This document shows positions 38,665 to 52,739 of a stretch of 64,000 nt of DNA, piece by piece. Every line of letters starts with the position of its first letter. Position 1 is the first letter of the stretch. Under the pieces are notes generated by a model that saw only the letters and a list, made by a program, of their open reading frames with translations, was not told the origin of the DNA and did not search any database. A program made the position numbers and the translations under genes. This stretch comes from Eledone cirrhosa. Taxonomy: Eukaryota. Location: contig OZ024750.1 in NCBI GenBank assembly GCA_964016885.1, positions 25,916,001 to 25,980,000 on the forward strand. Direction: 5' to 3'.

Positions 38665-39552
38665 TATGTATACGTACATACATATATGTATACAGACGTA
38701 CAGTAGTATGTATATACATACATACATGCACATATATATATATATGTACGTATGGGTTTACCGAACATTTATTATAATGCTCGGTTTGTTTGTAAATAAA
38801 CAGCCCAAATTATTAGCCGTACAGTGTTCGGCAACCATGGTTGCCATTTTGTTCAACATGACAAAGGAACGTTGAACTAGTTTCTAGCTTATTAGCTGTC
38901 ATCAGCACTATATACCTTCCTGTCAATTGATTGAACGTTTGAAAGTATATACTTTCCTGATGCATATTAACGGCTGAGCAGCCTAATTTGCATATCGAGT
39001 GAGTACATATATACATATATGTGTGCATGTATGTACGGTATACATACTACTGTACGTCTGTATACATATATGCATGTACGTATGCATACTTATATTTAAG
39101 TATAAGCCGTACTATGAGTGAGCAATGAAATTTCATTTTTTCCATTTATCGTTTTCGGTACGCCCGCCCGACTAACTCACTCGATATGCAAATAAGGGTG
39201 CTCAGTCGTTAATATGCATAAGGAAAATATATATACTTTCAAACCTTCAATCAACTGACAGGAAGCTATACGGTGCTGATGACAGCTAATATGCTAGAAA
39301 CTAGTTCATCTTTCCTTTGTCAGTGTTGAACAAAATGGCAACGATGGTTGCCGAAAACTGTACGGCTAATAATTGTTTACAAACAAACCGAGCATTATAA
39401 TAAATGTTCGGTAAACCCATACGTACATATACATATGTGTGCATATATGTATATACATACTACTGTACGTCTGTATACATATATGTATGTACGTATACAT
39501 ACTTATATTTAAGTATTAGCCGTACCAAGAGTGAGAAATGAAATTTCATTTT

Positions 39553-39555
<3 letters not shown>
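38660..39555. mobile_element. inverted plus tandem copy of the 516-nt family, hammerheads at 38872-38909 (-) and 39271-39310 (+)
   Basis: GTG-CTGATGA-C-AGCT-AATA-(A/T)GCT-A-GAAA-CTAG-TT^CA occurs in both orientations. Confidence 0.78.
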
Positions 39556-39622
<67 letters not shown>

Positions 39623-39781
39623 TACAAAGAATTAGTATATCTACCAACATGTTGCATACCTATGCTAGCAAATATATAGGTTTTGTCTTAGTAACTTTGT
39701 GGTTCAATGCAAGGGGATGCAGAACAATTATATGAAAGACGTAAAATAAGAAAATTATAAAAATTAACTTACTAAAATTTC

Positions 39782-39864
39782 ACTCCAACTAATTAGTTTC
39801 ATAAAGGGAATAAACATGGTTTCCAAATGGAAAGCATGGAGAAACCTTTCGTCATCAGGAAGTC
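39782..39864 (-). ncRNA. hammerhead, paralogue of 33275-33356 with a different helix II sequence
   Basis: Minus strand: ACTTC-CTGATGA-C-GAAAGG..CATGCTTTCC-ATTT-GGAAACCATG..CCTTTA-T-GAAA-CTAATTAG-TT^GGAGT. Confidence 0.7.
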
Positions 39865-40236
39865 TGTTCTCAGCTAAGTTACCAGGCGATACGTGGACAC
39901 AGGGAACTTATACAAAAATAATTCAGTGGATGGAAAAAAGCAAGCGTGGACTAAATTCCAAAACATCGAAAAAATCACTGCCTACTTGGTCGGTGGCAAA
40001 TTCAAAAGAATCAATCACGTGACATCAAGGTTAATCAGTGAGGAGTGGGGTGTTAAAAAGACAGTAGCCGAGCCATTACTATGAACTATAGTAGCAGTTT
40101 TGGCAAATTTTTGCTCAACAAAATAATTTTGAGATAATATATATATATATATATAAATGGAAAAATGAAATTTCATTTCTCACTCTTAGTACGGCTGATT
40201 CTTAAATATAAGTATGTATACGTACATACATATATG

Positions 40237-40329
<93 letters not shown>

Positions 40330-41374
40330 GTATATAAATATAATCTGAGTTTTTCGAATATTAATAATAACATTCGATTTGTTTACAATTATGCAAACAA
40401 GCCTGAATTTTATTGCCAAGTCAGTGGAATGAATACTTCATTCTTGCTCCTGTGATGTCATGCGAACAGAACTGCAGACACTAATGTTTCTGGGTATCAC
40501 CCTTCATCCTTCACATCCATGTTTGCGTATTTTTAGCTGTAATAATCTCCCGGTCTTCTTCCTTCTATTTCTTTTTCTCTTTTTTCCTTTCTCTTTCTCC
40601 ACCTTCATCTTTCTCTGCCTCTTTCTCTGTTTCTTTCTTCATCTTTCTTTCTTTTCTCTACCTTCACTATTTCTATCCCAACTCATTTCTTTCTATCTGT
40701 ATCTCTATTATTACTACTATTTTGATGTGATAGTTTGAACTCGTAAATTTGCCGGTTACGAATTTATTTGTATGTTCTTTCTCTCTTTCGTCTTTCCTCC
40801 TCCCCTCCTTTCCATCTGTACTCCTTCTTCTGTGTCTCTCTATATCTTTATTATTAATATTAATATTGATGTGGTAATTTAAAATTGTAAATTTACAGTT
40901 ATGCATATTTCCTTTATTTTCTCTTGGTCTCTGACGAAATGATAGAGATAATATGTTTTTAAATTGAGTGACACTGCCTTCTGTGTTTAGCAATTTTCAA
41001 AAAACTCTACCATAGAAACAATTGTTAGACTGCAAGTAAATTTTCTTGTTTGTACTGTCGACCATGTTATTCAATTTTTCAATTTTATTACTCAAAGATA
41101 TACTTACACAGGAATACAAGTGAAGTCATAAACTCGTCCACGTAAACCTCTTGTTGAGTCTTTCAACGCCGTACGCTTAAACTATTCACGATAAGAAGTT
41201 ATCACAACCTCTAATCGGATTACCTTTAACGATATCTTGTTATCCTATATATATATATATATATATATATATAGATAGATTTTGAGTTTATGTTGGTTGT
41301 ATACCAACACCTCAGTATGCAGGCTGGAGCACTCGACGAAGTGCGCAGGTTGGTTTGGTTACTCCGGAGTAGTG

Positions 41375-41819
41375 TAAAATAAAGTTAAATAAAAGTCAAA
41401 TGATTGAAATTTAGCTTCGTTTATTACTGCTATATATATTTCAGTGACAGCCATCTTTGGCTGTGACCTCTTCAGGCAGTTTGAATTAGTATGGTATAGA
41501 CAAGTACATATGTTGTTTAGGTGTATGATATTGTCAATACTCTGATATGCCCAGTTCCTTGTTGGGTTGTTAATTCACTGGGGAACTGGAGTCATATGAT
41601 ATGACTCCAGTTCCCCAGTGAATTAACAACCCAACAAGGAACTGGGCATATCAGAGTATTGACAATATCATACACCTAAACAACATATGTACTTGTCTAT
41701 ACCATACTAATTCAAACTGCCTGAAGAGGTCACAGCCAAAGATGGCTGTCACTGAAATATATATAGCAGTAATAAACGAAGCTAAATTTTAATCATTTGA
41801 CTTTTATTTAACTTTATTT

Positions 41820-41821
<2 letters not shown>
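41375..41821. mobile_element. near-perfect palindrome with ~222-bp arms and a hammerhead in each arm
   Basis: Centre GGAGTCATAT-G-ATATGACTCC at ~41598. Plus motif 41716-41770: ACTGC-CTGAAGA-GGTC-ACAGCCA-AAGA-TGGCTGT-CACT-GAAA-TATATA-TA^GCAGT. Confidence 0.9.
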
Positions 41822-41850
<29 letters not shown>

Positions 41851-42465
41851 TATATATATAGGATAACAGTTTTTCGAATATTAATAACATTTGGTTCCCT
41901 TGCAATTATGCAAACAGCCTCAATTTTTTAGCCATGACAGTAGAATGAACACTTAATTCTTGCTCCTGTGTTGGCAGACACTAATGTTTCTGGGTATTAC
42001 CCATCATCAGTACAGCCCACTGTTCTGCAAAACCGTCAGAACCAGTGAAAATATGTGCTATTTTCAAAAATATACAGTGACTCATTGGCCTGATTTGCAT
42101 ATTAGAAGACTGGCTGATCAGTCAGATCTGCATATTAGCCAGATTTGCATATCAGCAGACTGGCCAGTCAGTTTACTGTATACGAGAGATAAATGACCAG
42201 CTTTGCCAAATTTAAATAAAAGAGACAATTTATATATACAAATATATACACAACAAAGCCTGCAGCTCCATTCTACTTCGCTGTCTCCTCTCCCTCTCTC
42301 TATGTCCCTCTTTCAATCTACTCTCTTACCACCACTATCTCTTTCTCTCTATTCTTCACTCTCTCTTGTGCGTGTGTGGGTTTGTGGTGGGGCAGGTGTG
42401 TGCGTGCATGTGTGTGTGTGTGTGTAAATATGATGTTTAATATAGAAATCCTATATATATTTCAG

Positions 42466-42600
42466 AATGCCGAATAGGAAAGTTTGGTGTTAATTGTAAT
42501 GGGACATGCTATTGCATCAACGACGAAAACTGTGACCATCGAAGTGGAAGTTGTTCAGATGGATGTTCTGCAGGTTATACTGGTGACAATTGCCAAGAAG
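42466..42600 (+). CDS. EGF-like repeat exon
   Basis: 135 nt, AG/GT: (E)CRIGKFGVNCNGTCYCINDENCDHRSGSCSDGCSAGYTGDNCQE. Confidence 0.88.
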
Positions 42601-42786
42601 GTATATCATAAACATGTTACATAATTACAATAATTACTTTATACACACACACACATATATATGTGTATGTGTGTGTTTGTGTGTGTTTGTGTGTGTTTGT
42701 GTGTATGTGTGTGTACGGGTGTGTATGTGCATGAGTTTGTGTGTGTAAATATGATGTTTAATATAGAAATCTTATATATATTTCAG

Positions 42787-42918
42787 ATTGCCCAGTAGGA
42801 TGGTTTGGTATTAATTGTAAAGGTGTATGTCGTTGTAACGACAACATTAACTGTGACATCCTTAATGGAAGTTGTTCAGATGGATGTACTTCAGGTTATG
42901 TTGGTGACAATTGCCAAG
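42787..42918 (+). CDS. EGF-like repeat exon
   Basis: 132 nt, AG/GT: (D)CPVGWFGINCKGVCRCNDNINCDILNGSCSDGCTSGYVGDNCQ. Confidence 0.88.
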
Positions 42919-43093
42919 GTACATTATAAACTTGTTACATAATTACTATAATTACTATATACACACACAGATATATGTGTGTGCGTGTGCGTTTGTGTGT
43001 TTGTGTGTGTGGTGGGTGCAGGTTTGTGCGTGCATGTGTTTGTGTGTGTGTGAATATATGATGTTTAATATAGAAATCTTATAGATATTTCAG

Positions 43094-43228
43094 ATTGCCC
43101 AGTAGGATGGTTTGGTGTTAATTGTAAAGGGACATGCCATTGTAACGACAACAAAAACTGTGACGATCGAAATGGAGGATGTTCAGATGGATGTACTGCA
43201 GGTTATGTTGGTGACAATTGCCAAGAAG
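43094..43228 (+). CDS. EGF-like repeat exon
   Basis: 135 nt, AG/GT: (D)CPVGWFGVNCKGTCHCNDNKNCDDRNGGCSDGCTAGYVGDNCQE. Confidence 0.88.
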
Positions 43229-43512
43229 GTATATCATAAACTTCTTACGTATTTACTATATACACACACACACACACACACACACAACACACACTTAGAC
43301 ACATAGAGTCACCCATACACACACATACATATGTATATGTTTGCGTGTGTATGTGTGTGTTTGTATGTCTGTGCATGTGTTTGTGTGCGTGTGGAAATAT
43401 GATGTTTAATATAGAAATTGCTTCTACAGGACTAGAAAAGATCCATCCAAAGAAATCATCAGGAAACGGCTTTCCTGGTGATTAATTTTGAATGAAATAG
43501 TTCTAATAGTTC

Positions 43513-43687
<175 letters not shown>

Positions 43688-43694
43688 CATATGT

Positions 43695-46600
43695 AGGAGC
43701 TGTATTTAATTTGTTGGAATTCTGACAAACATATATGTTTATAACTGATATAGAGCACTCAACAAGTTACTAGAGTAAATATTGCAAATTAATAATAAAT
43801 GGAAACTATATTTATAAAACCATATTTACTTTATTATATATATTTCAAGGGCGACCAAGCAAATCTTGTTGCGCTTTCATCAGATAAAATACAAAATTTG
43901 TTTTTATAAATAATGACATACCCATGGAAATCACACCTGATCGGTCCGTAATTTGCTGGATAGTGGAAACTTATTAGGTGTAATTCAAAGTTATGTGTGA
44001 ATATGCAAATGAATGTATGAACAAGTGAAAAAACAACCGTTTATTTCAATTACGCTGGGGGAGGATGAGAAGAAAGAGAGAGCGAAAAAATTACTGTTAT
44101 GAGATATATAGAGAAATAGAGAGAAGTGAGAAATTTAACAGAGGATGAACTCATATAACGTAAATAAGTCTTAAGTTTATATTAAAGTTACTTATATTTG
44201 GTAATTATTTTGTTGTTAGAATTCTAATAAAATACAATATAATATTAAGTTTTATAGGTATAAAGAAAAATAGATATATAGAAAAAATAGATATATAGAA
44301 AAAGTAAATATATATAAACATATAAGAATATATATTGAAAATATAAGAATATATATTGAAAAATAAATTGAGAATGAATAGATATAAGTAGAAAATAGAT
44401 AGAAATATATAGATAGAAGAATAGATATATGAATAGAGGAATAGATATATTAGTGGATATATGAGTATATTCTGTTATAGATAATTGTTTTAATAAGTTA
44501 TGAGGGATAATGGTTTATATTTATATTTAGTGTAAGTAATTAAATTAACTGTGTTAATATGAATATTTATATGTTTTTAATATTTTAAATTGGGAAAATA
44601 GTGAAAATCCCAATTTTGTTTATTTATTAGTTAGTATGAGACAATTTTGACGAAGATATATTTAGCCAGAATTAGTTATTGGTTATAACGCTAATATTAA
44701 ATATAAAAAAATATAAAAAAATATAAAAAAATATTAAAAATATTAAAATATTAAAAAATATTAAAAAATATAATATAAAAATATTAAAAGTTCTGGAAAA
44801 AATGCTGGAAAAATTTCTGGAAAAAAGTTTTAAAAAGATTTTTAAGTATCTGAAAAGATACTCAAAAAAACCTTTTTAAAAAATACTTAAACTATTTAAA
44901 ATGTTTAAAATTATTTAAAGATATATAAAAATATTAAACAATTTTTAAAAATTCTTTAAACAAAATAATTATTTAAGAGAATAATTTTTTAAGAAATAAG
45001 TAATTTAAAAAAAATAAGTAATTTTTAAATAAATGAGATATATTGGAAGTAAAAATGAAAAATGAAAGATTTAAGCGGTAAAGAATAAAGATGTAAAAAA
45101 ATATTAAGCATATAAAGGATAAAGATTTAATAAGTAAAAAAAAAGTAAAAATATTAAAATTAAAATTAATGTTAAAATTAAAATTTTAAAAATTTATGAT
45201 CATATATGCATATAATATAAGAAATTTTAATAAGTGAAAATTATAGGCATTGGAATATATCGAACAATATGTAGAAAAATTATTAGTGTAATTATATTTT
45301 ATATATATTTTTAAATGTTGAATTTAGGCGATGTTTACAAGAACTAAATAAATTCATATATATAATAATAGAGTTCTTACATTTAAGTATGAAGCATATT
45401 TCCTCAACACACAATTTGCTGTGTTTTTGTAGGCTGGTGCTTTTGAAATTACATCCCAAGTTAAAGAATAGTCTGTAGTTTTAGATATTAAGTTCCATAT
45501 CAGGTTTGATAGCGAAGTTGAAGATTTTTTACCAATATTATTAAACGAGCATTTGTGGTTATTGAAACGGGATTTGAAGTCTGTAGAAGTAGAACCTATA
45601 TAGTTAAATATATGATCATTAGTTTTGACAGAGCATATATAGACGACGTTTTTATCTAAGCATTTATTTTTTAAAGGACAATTTGGTTTAATTCTACAAT
45701 TACATTTAGCAGAGTTGATGTTATTCGGAACAGTATTATTAAGTTGGATATTGCTAGAGGTATTAGTGCTATTTTGGTTATGGTTTATAATTCTATTATT
45801 GATTCTATTTATATTTTGTGCTAAGTTTATAGTAGTAGAGTAAGATAGTTTTATTGTATGTCTGTTAAAGATTGAATGGTATCTATGGGTTTTGGGAAAA
45901 CATTTATCTAGAGCCTTGAAAAATAGTTTAGTTAAAGGTGTTTTAATACTTAGTGAAAATGGAGGTGCATACAAGATTATATTTCTAGTTCTATTCCTTC
46001 TATTAGTATTAGAGTTTATGTTAGGTTTCTTATTATAATTTTAATTAATATTATGGTTATTTGCCTTATCATTGTTTTCGATGTATTTAATTTTATTTAT
46101 ATAGCCTGCTCTACTTAAAGCTTCATTATAATATTCCGCCTTATCGTCAAATATGTTTTTATTCGCAGAGATTCGAGAAATACGTTGTTGTACAGAATTT
46201 ACAATAGTGTTCTTAATAGATCTAGGATGATTAGAGTTGAAGCTTACATAGTTTAAGTTCTCTTTAATTTTATGGAATGGAAAGTAGGGCCCTGTATTAA
46301 GGTTTAATGTTACGTCTAAAAAGTTAACAATTTTGTAGTTATTCTCTATTTCTAACTTAAGATCGTAGCTATTAAAAAATTGTATTATTGATTTTCTTTT
46401 TCTATTTATTTTGCAATTACTATTATTTTTCTATATATCTATTTTTTCTATATATCTATTTTTATTTATACCTATAAAACTTAATATTATATTGTATTAT
46501 ATTAGAATTCTAACAACAAAATAATTACCAAATATACGTAATTTTAATATAACTTAAGACTTATTTACGTTATATGAGTTCATCCTCTGTTAAATTTCTC

Positions 46601-46940
46601 ACTTCTCTCTATTTCTCTATATATCTCATAACAGTAATTTTTTCCCTATCTCTTTCTTCTCATCATCCCCCAGCGTAATTGAAATAAACGGTTGTTTTTT
46701 CACTTGTTCATACATTCATTTGCATATTCACACATAACTTTGAATTACCCCTAATAAGTGTCCACTATCCAGCGAATTTCGGTCAGTTAAGTTGTGAGTT
46801 CCATGGGTATGTCATTATTTATAAAACAAATTTTGTATTTTATCTGATGAAAGCGCACCAAGAATTGCTTGATTGCCCTTGAAATATCTATAACAAAATA
46901 AATATGGTTTTATAAATATAGTTTCCATTTAGTATTATCT
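43695..46940 (-). mobile_element. 5'-truncated Penelope-like element with ~510-bp inverted terminal duplication, hammerheads at 43831-43888 (-) and 46840-46898 (+)
   Basis: Minus ORF: YAPPFS, HSIFNRHTIKLSYST, KCNCRIKPNCPLKNKCLDKNVVY..YIGST..FKSRFNNH (GIY-YIG), with VNFLDVTLNL upstream. Arms ~43790-44305 and 46425-46935 contain CTGATGA...GAAA-TAT(A/C)TA-TA. Confidence 0.88.
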
Positions 46941-46941
46941 T

Positions 46942-47009
<68 letters not shown>

Positions 47010-47011
<2 letters not shown>

Positions 47012-49995
47012 TAATGAAATGACAGGAGGCTGGATTTGTGTAAATCCTTGAAAGGTTTATTATACTATGATCATTTCAATAACCGGGTTCCGTATGAATC
47101 CGGTGATATCATCAGGTATTCGAAATATAATAAGTGAATGTAATAGATAAAATCCATGGGGCCGAAAATCAAAGACCCGAGGGCGACCGCGATCCAGCAT
47201 CTACCTTTGCCGGTCGCCCTCGAGTGACGTGGCTAAAGCTTACAGTGTGCTACTACCGGTCAAATAAAGGAAAACAGAAAGGGATAGGAACATAAGTTAG
47301 CGTTTATATCATGCCACAAGAAAAAAGAAAGAAAGAAAGAAAGAAGCGTGAAGAAGGGGAAGGAAGAAATGGAAGAAGAAGAGAAGCCAGGGTTAATGTC
47401 AGCTATAAGAAGAAAGACAGAAAGAAAGAGGAGGAAAGGTTGGTATTACAGCCAGGCCAGGATTGTCGCGAGAAAAATCTTTTATTTTAAGGGACCCGTA
47501 TCTTAACAACTACTACCGGTCAAATATAGGCAAACAAAAAGGGGAAGGAAGATAAGTCAGCGGGAGGAAGACAGAAAGAAGGGGGAAGAGAAGGAAGAAA
47601 AGGAAGAAGTAGAAAAGTCAGGGTTGATGGCTACAAGAAGAAAGATAGAAAGAAAGAGGAAGAAAGGTCGATATTAATGTCAGACTACAGTCAGGCCAGG
47701 AATGGCGCGAACAAATTTTTCACAGGGACCCGTATCTTAGCAGAGGTAAATATAGTGGTGGTCAGTGTGTTATAATGTGTGAGCAGAAGATTGGAACGTT
47801 ATGTTTTTGTTTAGACTTATAGGATGAAGTTAAAAAATTAATATTTAATATTAAAGAAATTAGAAAATTTAAAGTTAAACAGTTTAACATTTTTAAGGTT
47901 GCGAGGTTTAAGCAAAGAAAGGGTATTTTATGAAGACACTTAAATTTTATTATAGAGTAAAGATTAAGTCTTTACTTAGCCGTCAAACAGCATGCGGCGA
48001 CTACAAGCTTGGGCAGCCTATCACTCCGAGTGATATCGCCTAGCGAAAGATATGGAAATCGATTTTTCCGAGCACTCTAGGAATGTATAACAGGCTTCAG
48101 TTGCGCCAGCAGGAAGTCAGCCCGCATCGTTAGGCCATTCTTGTACAAAACCAGTACTATTCCTTTACCCAGGAGGAGGGGGGGGGGTTGCTTAAGTAGA
48201 GGGAGGCGTGATATATCTAATAGTTCTGATTTGATCTGTAATTTAAAGGTACTATATGGCGGTTAAAAAACCGGCTGCGCGCCAGGCCCCTGGGGCGAAT
48301 CAAGCCACTCCGAGTAGTTTCATTTACCGAAAGAAGGGGAAATTTATTTTTCCAAGCACTCAAGGTAGGCCTATGCGCCAGGGGGCCGGTCCCGCTGCCA
48401 GGAAAACCAACCCAACAGTCCGACAGAAAGTTGGAACGTTAAAATATTGTTTAAATTTATAGGATGAAGTTGAAAGAATTCAGAATAACATTATAAAATT
48501 AAAGAGTAAGAAGATTGAGAATTGAACAAACAGAAAATTGAAAATTAAACATTTAAAAAAACTTTTTTTAAGGTTTTGGGTTGCGGGGTTTAGTTAAAGA
48601 GAGTCTTTTATGAAGAAACGTTAATTGTATTATGTAGATCTTCTATAAGTTATCCTAGTGGGATGTAGAGTAAGGGATATAGTCGGGTAATATTTATTTT
48701 TGTTCTCAGGGGGAGACATTCTAGTGTCGTGTGCAAGTGAGCAAAAGTCCCAATAAGAGGAGTAGAAATACATGGACACATAGAAGTGGAATACGTGGAA
48801 AAGCACATTAATGAAGCAAAGGTATAAATATATAAATATATAAATAAACCAACAAGAGTGGTGGTGGAGTAAGATGGGGAAATCAAGACATAGGAGAAAT
48901 ACAATATAGTTCAGGTTGCAGTATTTATGTTCCCAGGGGAAGACATTCCAGTGTCGTGTGCTAAAGGGTACACGCGAGTAAAAGTCCGAATAAGAGAAGT
49001 AAAAAGTACATGGATGTATAGAAGTAGAATATATGGAAAAAGCATTAATACAGCAAAGGTATAAAGATATAAAGATATAAATAAACAAACAAGAGTGGTG
49101 GTGGAGTAAATGGAGAGATCAAGACACATGAGAAATACAATATAGTTCAAGTTGCAGTCAGATAATGCATATAGATGTGGAAATGGAAACAGTGTGTGTT
49201 CGAGTCTGAGAATTCAGTGTGAGTTATACATGCCCTGAAGTATAGGGTAGCGAATTTAGTTAATACAGTGCAGTACAATACATGTTATGGTATAATCCGT
49301 AGAATTTCGTCGAAGTCCGAATATTTTGAGAGGGAAGTAGCAATGGGCCAGGTGGGCGGTAGGCAAAAACACTGAGTTGCCAAAATTCGAATGGTGGTTA
49401 GATATATTCAGTCCCATGCCGCTGTTCATTATTACATTTGGAAGTGCTCAACATTTCAGGAGCATTATTTATTCAGGTTTGAGGTTCACCACTGGATAGA
49501 GCTGGTCAATTCCGTATGGTCAATCGCAATGTAATACTATAGAGAGTACTCAACGTAAAGCAGTTCAACCGTCTTTGTTTTTGTAGTTGGTGGTGCTATT
49601 ACGGAGTTAAATATTAATGAAATGACAGGAGGCTGGATTTGTGTAAATCCTTGAAAGGTTTATTATACTATGATCATTTCAATGACCGGGTTCCGTATGA
49701 ATCCGGTGATATCATCAGGTATTCGAAATATAATAAATGAATGTAATAGATACAATCCATGGGGCTGAAAATCAAAGACACGGTCATTGAAATGATCATA
49801 GTATAATAAACGTTTCAAGGATTTACACAAATCCAGCCTCCTGTCATTTCATTATAATATTTAACTCCGTAATAGCCATACCAACTACAAAAACAAAGCT
49901 GGTTGAACTGCTTTACGTTGAGTACTCTCTATATTATTACATTGCGATTGACCATACGGAATTGACCAGCTCTATCCAGTGGTGAACCTCAAACC

Positions 49996-49998
<3 letters not shown>
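47010..49998 (-). mobile_element. non-coding unit bounded by direct hammerhead-bearing repeats, plus an inverted partial copy
   Basis: 47012-47177 recurs at 49616-49780. 49781-49998 is the inverse of ~49473-49690. Hammerheads on minus at 47062-47119 and 49665-49722: ATAC-CTGATGA-TATCACCGG..CCGGT(T/C)ATT-GAAA-TGATCA-TA^GTAT. Confidence 0.8.
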
Positions 49999-50048
<50 letters not shown>

Positions 50049-50107
50049 ATAAATATATATATATATATATATATATACATAAATATATATATATACAAAT
50101 ATATATG

Positions 50108-50154
<47 letters not shown>

Positions 50155-50160
<6 letters not shown>

Positions 50161-50840
50161 TAAACGGAATAGAAAATGCTGACAAATTGTTCACAGTTGA
50201 AAAATGGTTTAATTAGGAATAAAAGAGTATTAGTGATTGTATGGGTTAGTATTCAGTTGTGGTTTTAAGTTTTTAAGTTTATACCGGTTGCGCATTTCTA
50301 AATGCTTTTCAAAAATAATTTTGAGATAGAGTGTCCGTGCTGTTTGCTCTGATCTGATTAGTTTTGGGAATTCTACCTGTTTTTATGTTAAAAAAGTGGC
50401 TCCAATTTGCAAAAATTCTTGTGGTCAAAACAATTTTGATTGGTCGGTAGAGGTCATGTGAATGAAAAAAATTGATTTTGCGCCAAGACTGTTTTTATGT
50501 TAAAATGGCGCAAAATCAATTTTTTACATTCACATGACCTCTACCGACCAATCAAAATTGTTTTGACCACAAGAATTTTTGCAAATTGGAGCCACTTTTT
50601 TAACATAAAAACAGGTAGAATTCCCAAAACTAATCAGATCAGAGCAAACAGCACGGACACTCTATCTCAAAATTATTTTTGAAAAGCATTTAGAAATGCG
50701 CAACCGGTAAAAACTTAAAAACTTAAAACCACAACTGAATACTAACCCATACAATCACTAATACCCTTTTATTCCTAATTAAACCATTTTTCAACTGTGA
50801 ACAATTTGTCAGCATTTTCTATTCCGTTTACCAATATATA
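50155..50840. mobile_element. fold-back element with ~330-bp arms, related to 30240-31115, U3-A8 hammerhead with GAAA changed to GCAA
   Basis: Centre ~50486-50505. TTT-TTGAAAA-GCATTT-AG-AAATGC-GCAA-CCGG-TA^AAA at 50676-50712. Shares AAAAAGTGGCTC and TTTGATTGG with the 30240 element. Confidence 0.85.
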
Positions 50841-50879
50841 ATAACTTGTGTGTTACACCTCTATTCTTTTAACTATATA

Positions 50880-50941
<62 letters not shown>

Positions 50942-51057
50942 AAAGAGCAAGAATGAAGTGTTCATTCTACTGACATGGCTATAAAATTGAGGCCTGTTTG
51001 CATAGTTGCAAACGAATCGAATGTTATTATTAAAATGTTATTATTAATAATCGAAAA

Positions 51058-51242
51058 GGCGGTGGATTGGCAGTATCGGTAGAGGGTCGGACACCATTCT
51101 TTCCAGCATAGTTACGTCCCTTTACGATCTGAGTTCAAATCCCGCCGAGGTTGACTTTGCCTTTCATCCTTACCGGGTCGATAAAACAAAGTACCAGTAA
51201 TGCACTGGTTAATTGCTGGCCTTGTGCCTAAAGTAGAAACAA
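51058..51242 (+). mobile_element. tRNA-derived SINE with ~17-bp target-site duplication
   Basis: GGCGGTGGATTGGCAG, GAGTTCAAATCCC and GCCTTTCATCCTT..GGGTCGATAAAA. TTATTAATA(A/T)TCGAAAA at 51041-51057 and 51243-51259. Confidence 0.85.
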
Positions 51243-52739
51243 TTATTAATATTCGAAAACCTCAGATTACATTTATATGCATATATATATATAGTATTAA
51301 TTATACTATTTATGGTTATGTAAATACAAAAACCTTTTGCAGTTATATGTATTTTTTATACAAACCCTAAATAGTGGTAGGCAGTAATGTATTACTACCT
51401 TATTACCAGTAAGTTAAGTAGCTCAATGTAAAAACATCAGATGATTTACAGAGCAGTTATATGAAATATAAGAATCAAAGAACTGTTCAAAACATTATTG
51501 TGCTTACAGCTGTTTCCTCCAAACCGAGGTTTGGATTCTTCGGAGCAATTTATTAATGAATGGACAGTTATATGACCTCTTTTCAGCCAAGAGACATACC
51601 GATACATATGCAAATATTGTGGGTCAACATTCATTACAGAATTTAGAGTGGCAGTACACACTTCGAGATTACATTCATATTAAAAGGTACAATCAAAAAT
51701 CAAAAATACAGGTTAAAATACAACATGAAGATAAGCGGTTATATAGTGCAAATGTTATATGTGTGGCAAGCACGTGCGTCTTGTTTATATAGTGTGGCAG
51801 AGAGATACGTGTAGTAGAGGCACTTAAGCAGGTAAACAAGAGTGTTAGGTTGGTTGATCTGGTGGCAAATTCTTTATATGATTGTTATAGTCTGTGTGTG
51901 GAGAAATGATATAAGCATTAAAAATAGTGCAAGCATTAAAAATATTAAAGTCTTGGAGATGCACAGCGAAGGGATGACAAGTACTTCATGTACTTCGACA
52001 TTTTCATGGTCAGGGGAGTGTATTTTTCGATTATATGCCCCTCACATAATCCACGACAATTCGATATTGAGCGTTTGACAATCCAGTTAGAGAAACGTAG
52101 TCTGATGTTCTTTAGTTCAATACAGGAGGCTGTTACGTTTCGAGAAACGACATTGAATACTATCCGGAAGTGTGTGTGTGGCTAAGGGGAGTTAATGCAT
52201 GAGGGGAGGTAACTCCGGGGTTTCTATACCTAGCTATTGAAATGTGTCTCAATATAGACCCTAATTTCTATGGTTATGCGCAACTTCCAAAAAGTTTCTA
52301 AAGCATAAAGTGTTTTAACTATAGAGTAGTTTATTAAGTTGTGCTGAAGGTGTTCGTATTATTATGGTGAATTAACCCCCATCGTAGGGTGCCACAAATG
52401 AATATTATAGGCGATGAGCGAGGATTCCAAATTAATGATCTCTGTGGTTGTGGTCTACTCATAGGACCAGGCGTGGTGATTGCAGAATCACTTCAAGACA
52501 CAAAGATCTCTGGTAAGTTCTGGGTCATCGCTTGCTACATTGGATGTCGAAAGATAATCATCACCAGGTCCGGCCAAAGGTCAATCCGCAGTCCTCACGA
52601 CCCCTCTCTGACCGTCAAATCATCCATATATGTACAACCCGCACGCCAGTTGCAATACATTCATTCTCTGCACTCAGCGTCCTGGTCCTACTGCTCAACA
52701 GCGTTACTAGAATAAATCGTTTTTCATCTGTCTAAGGAA

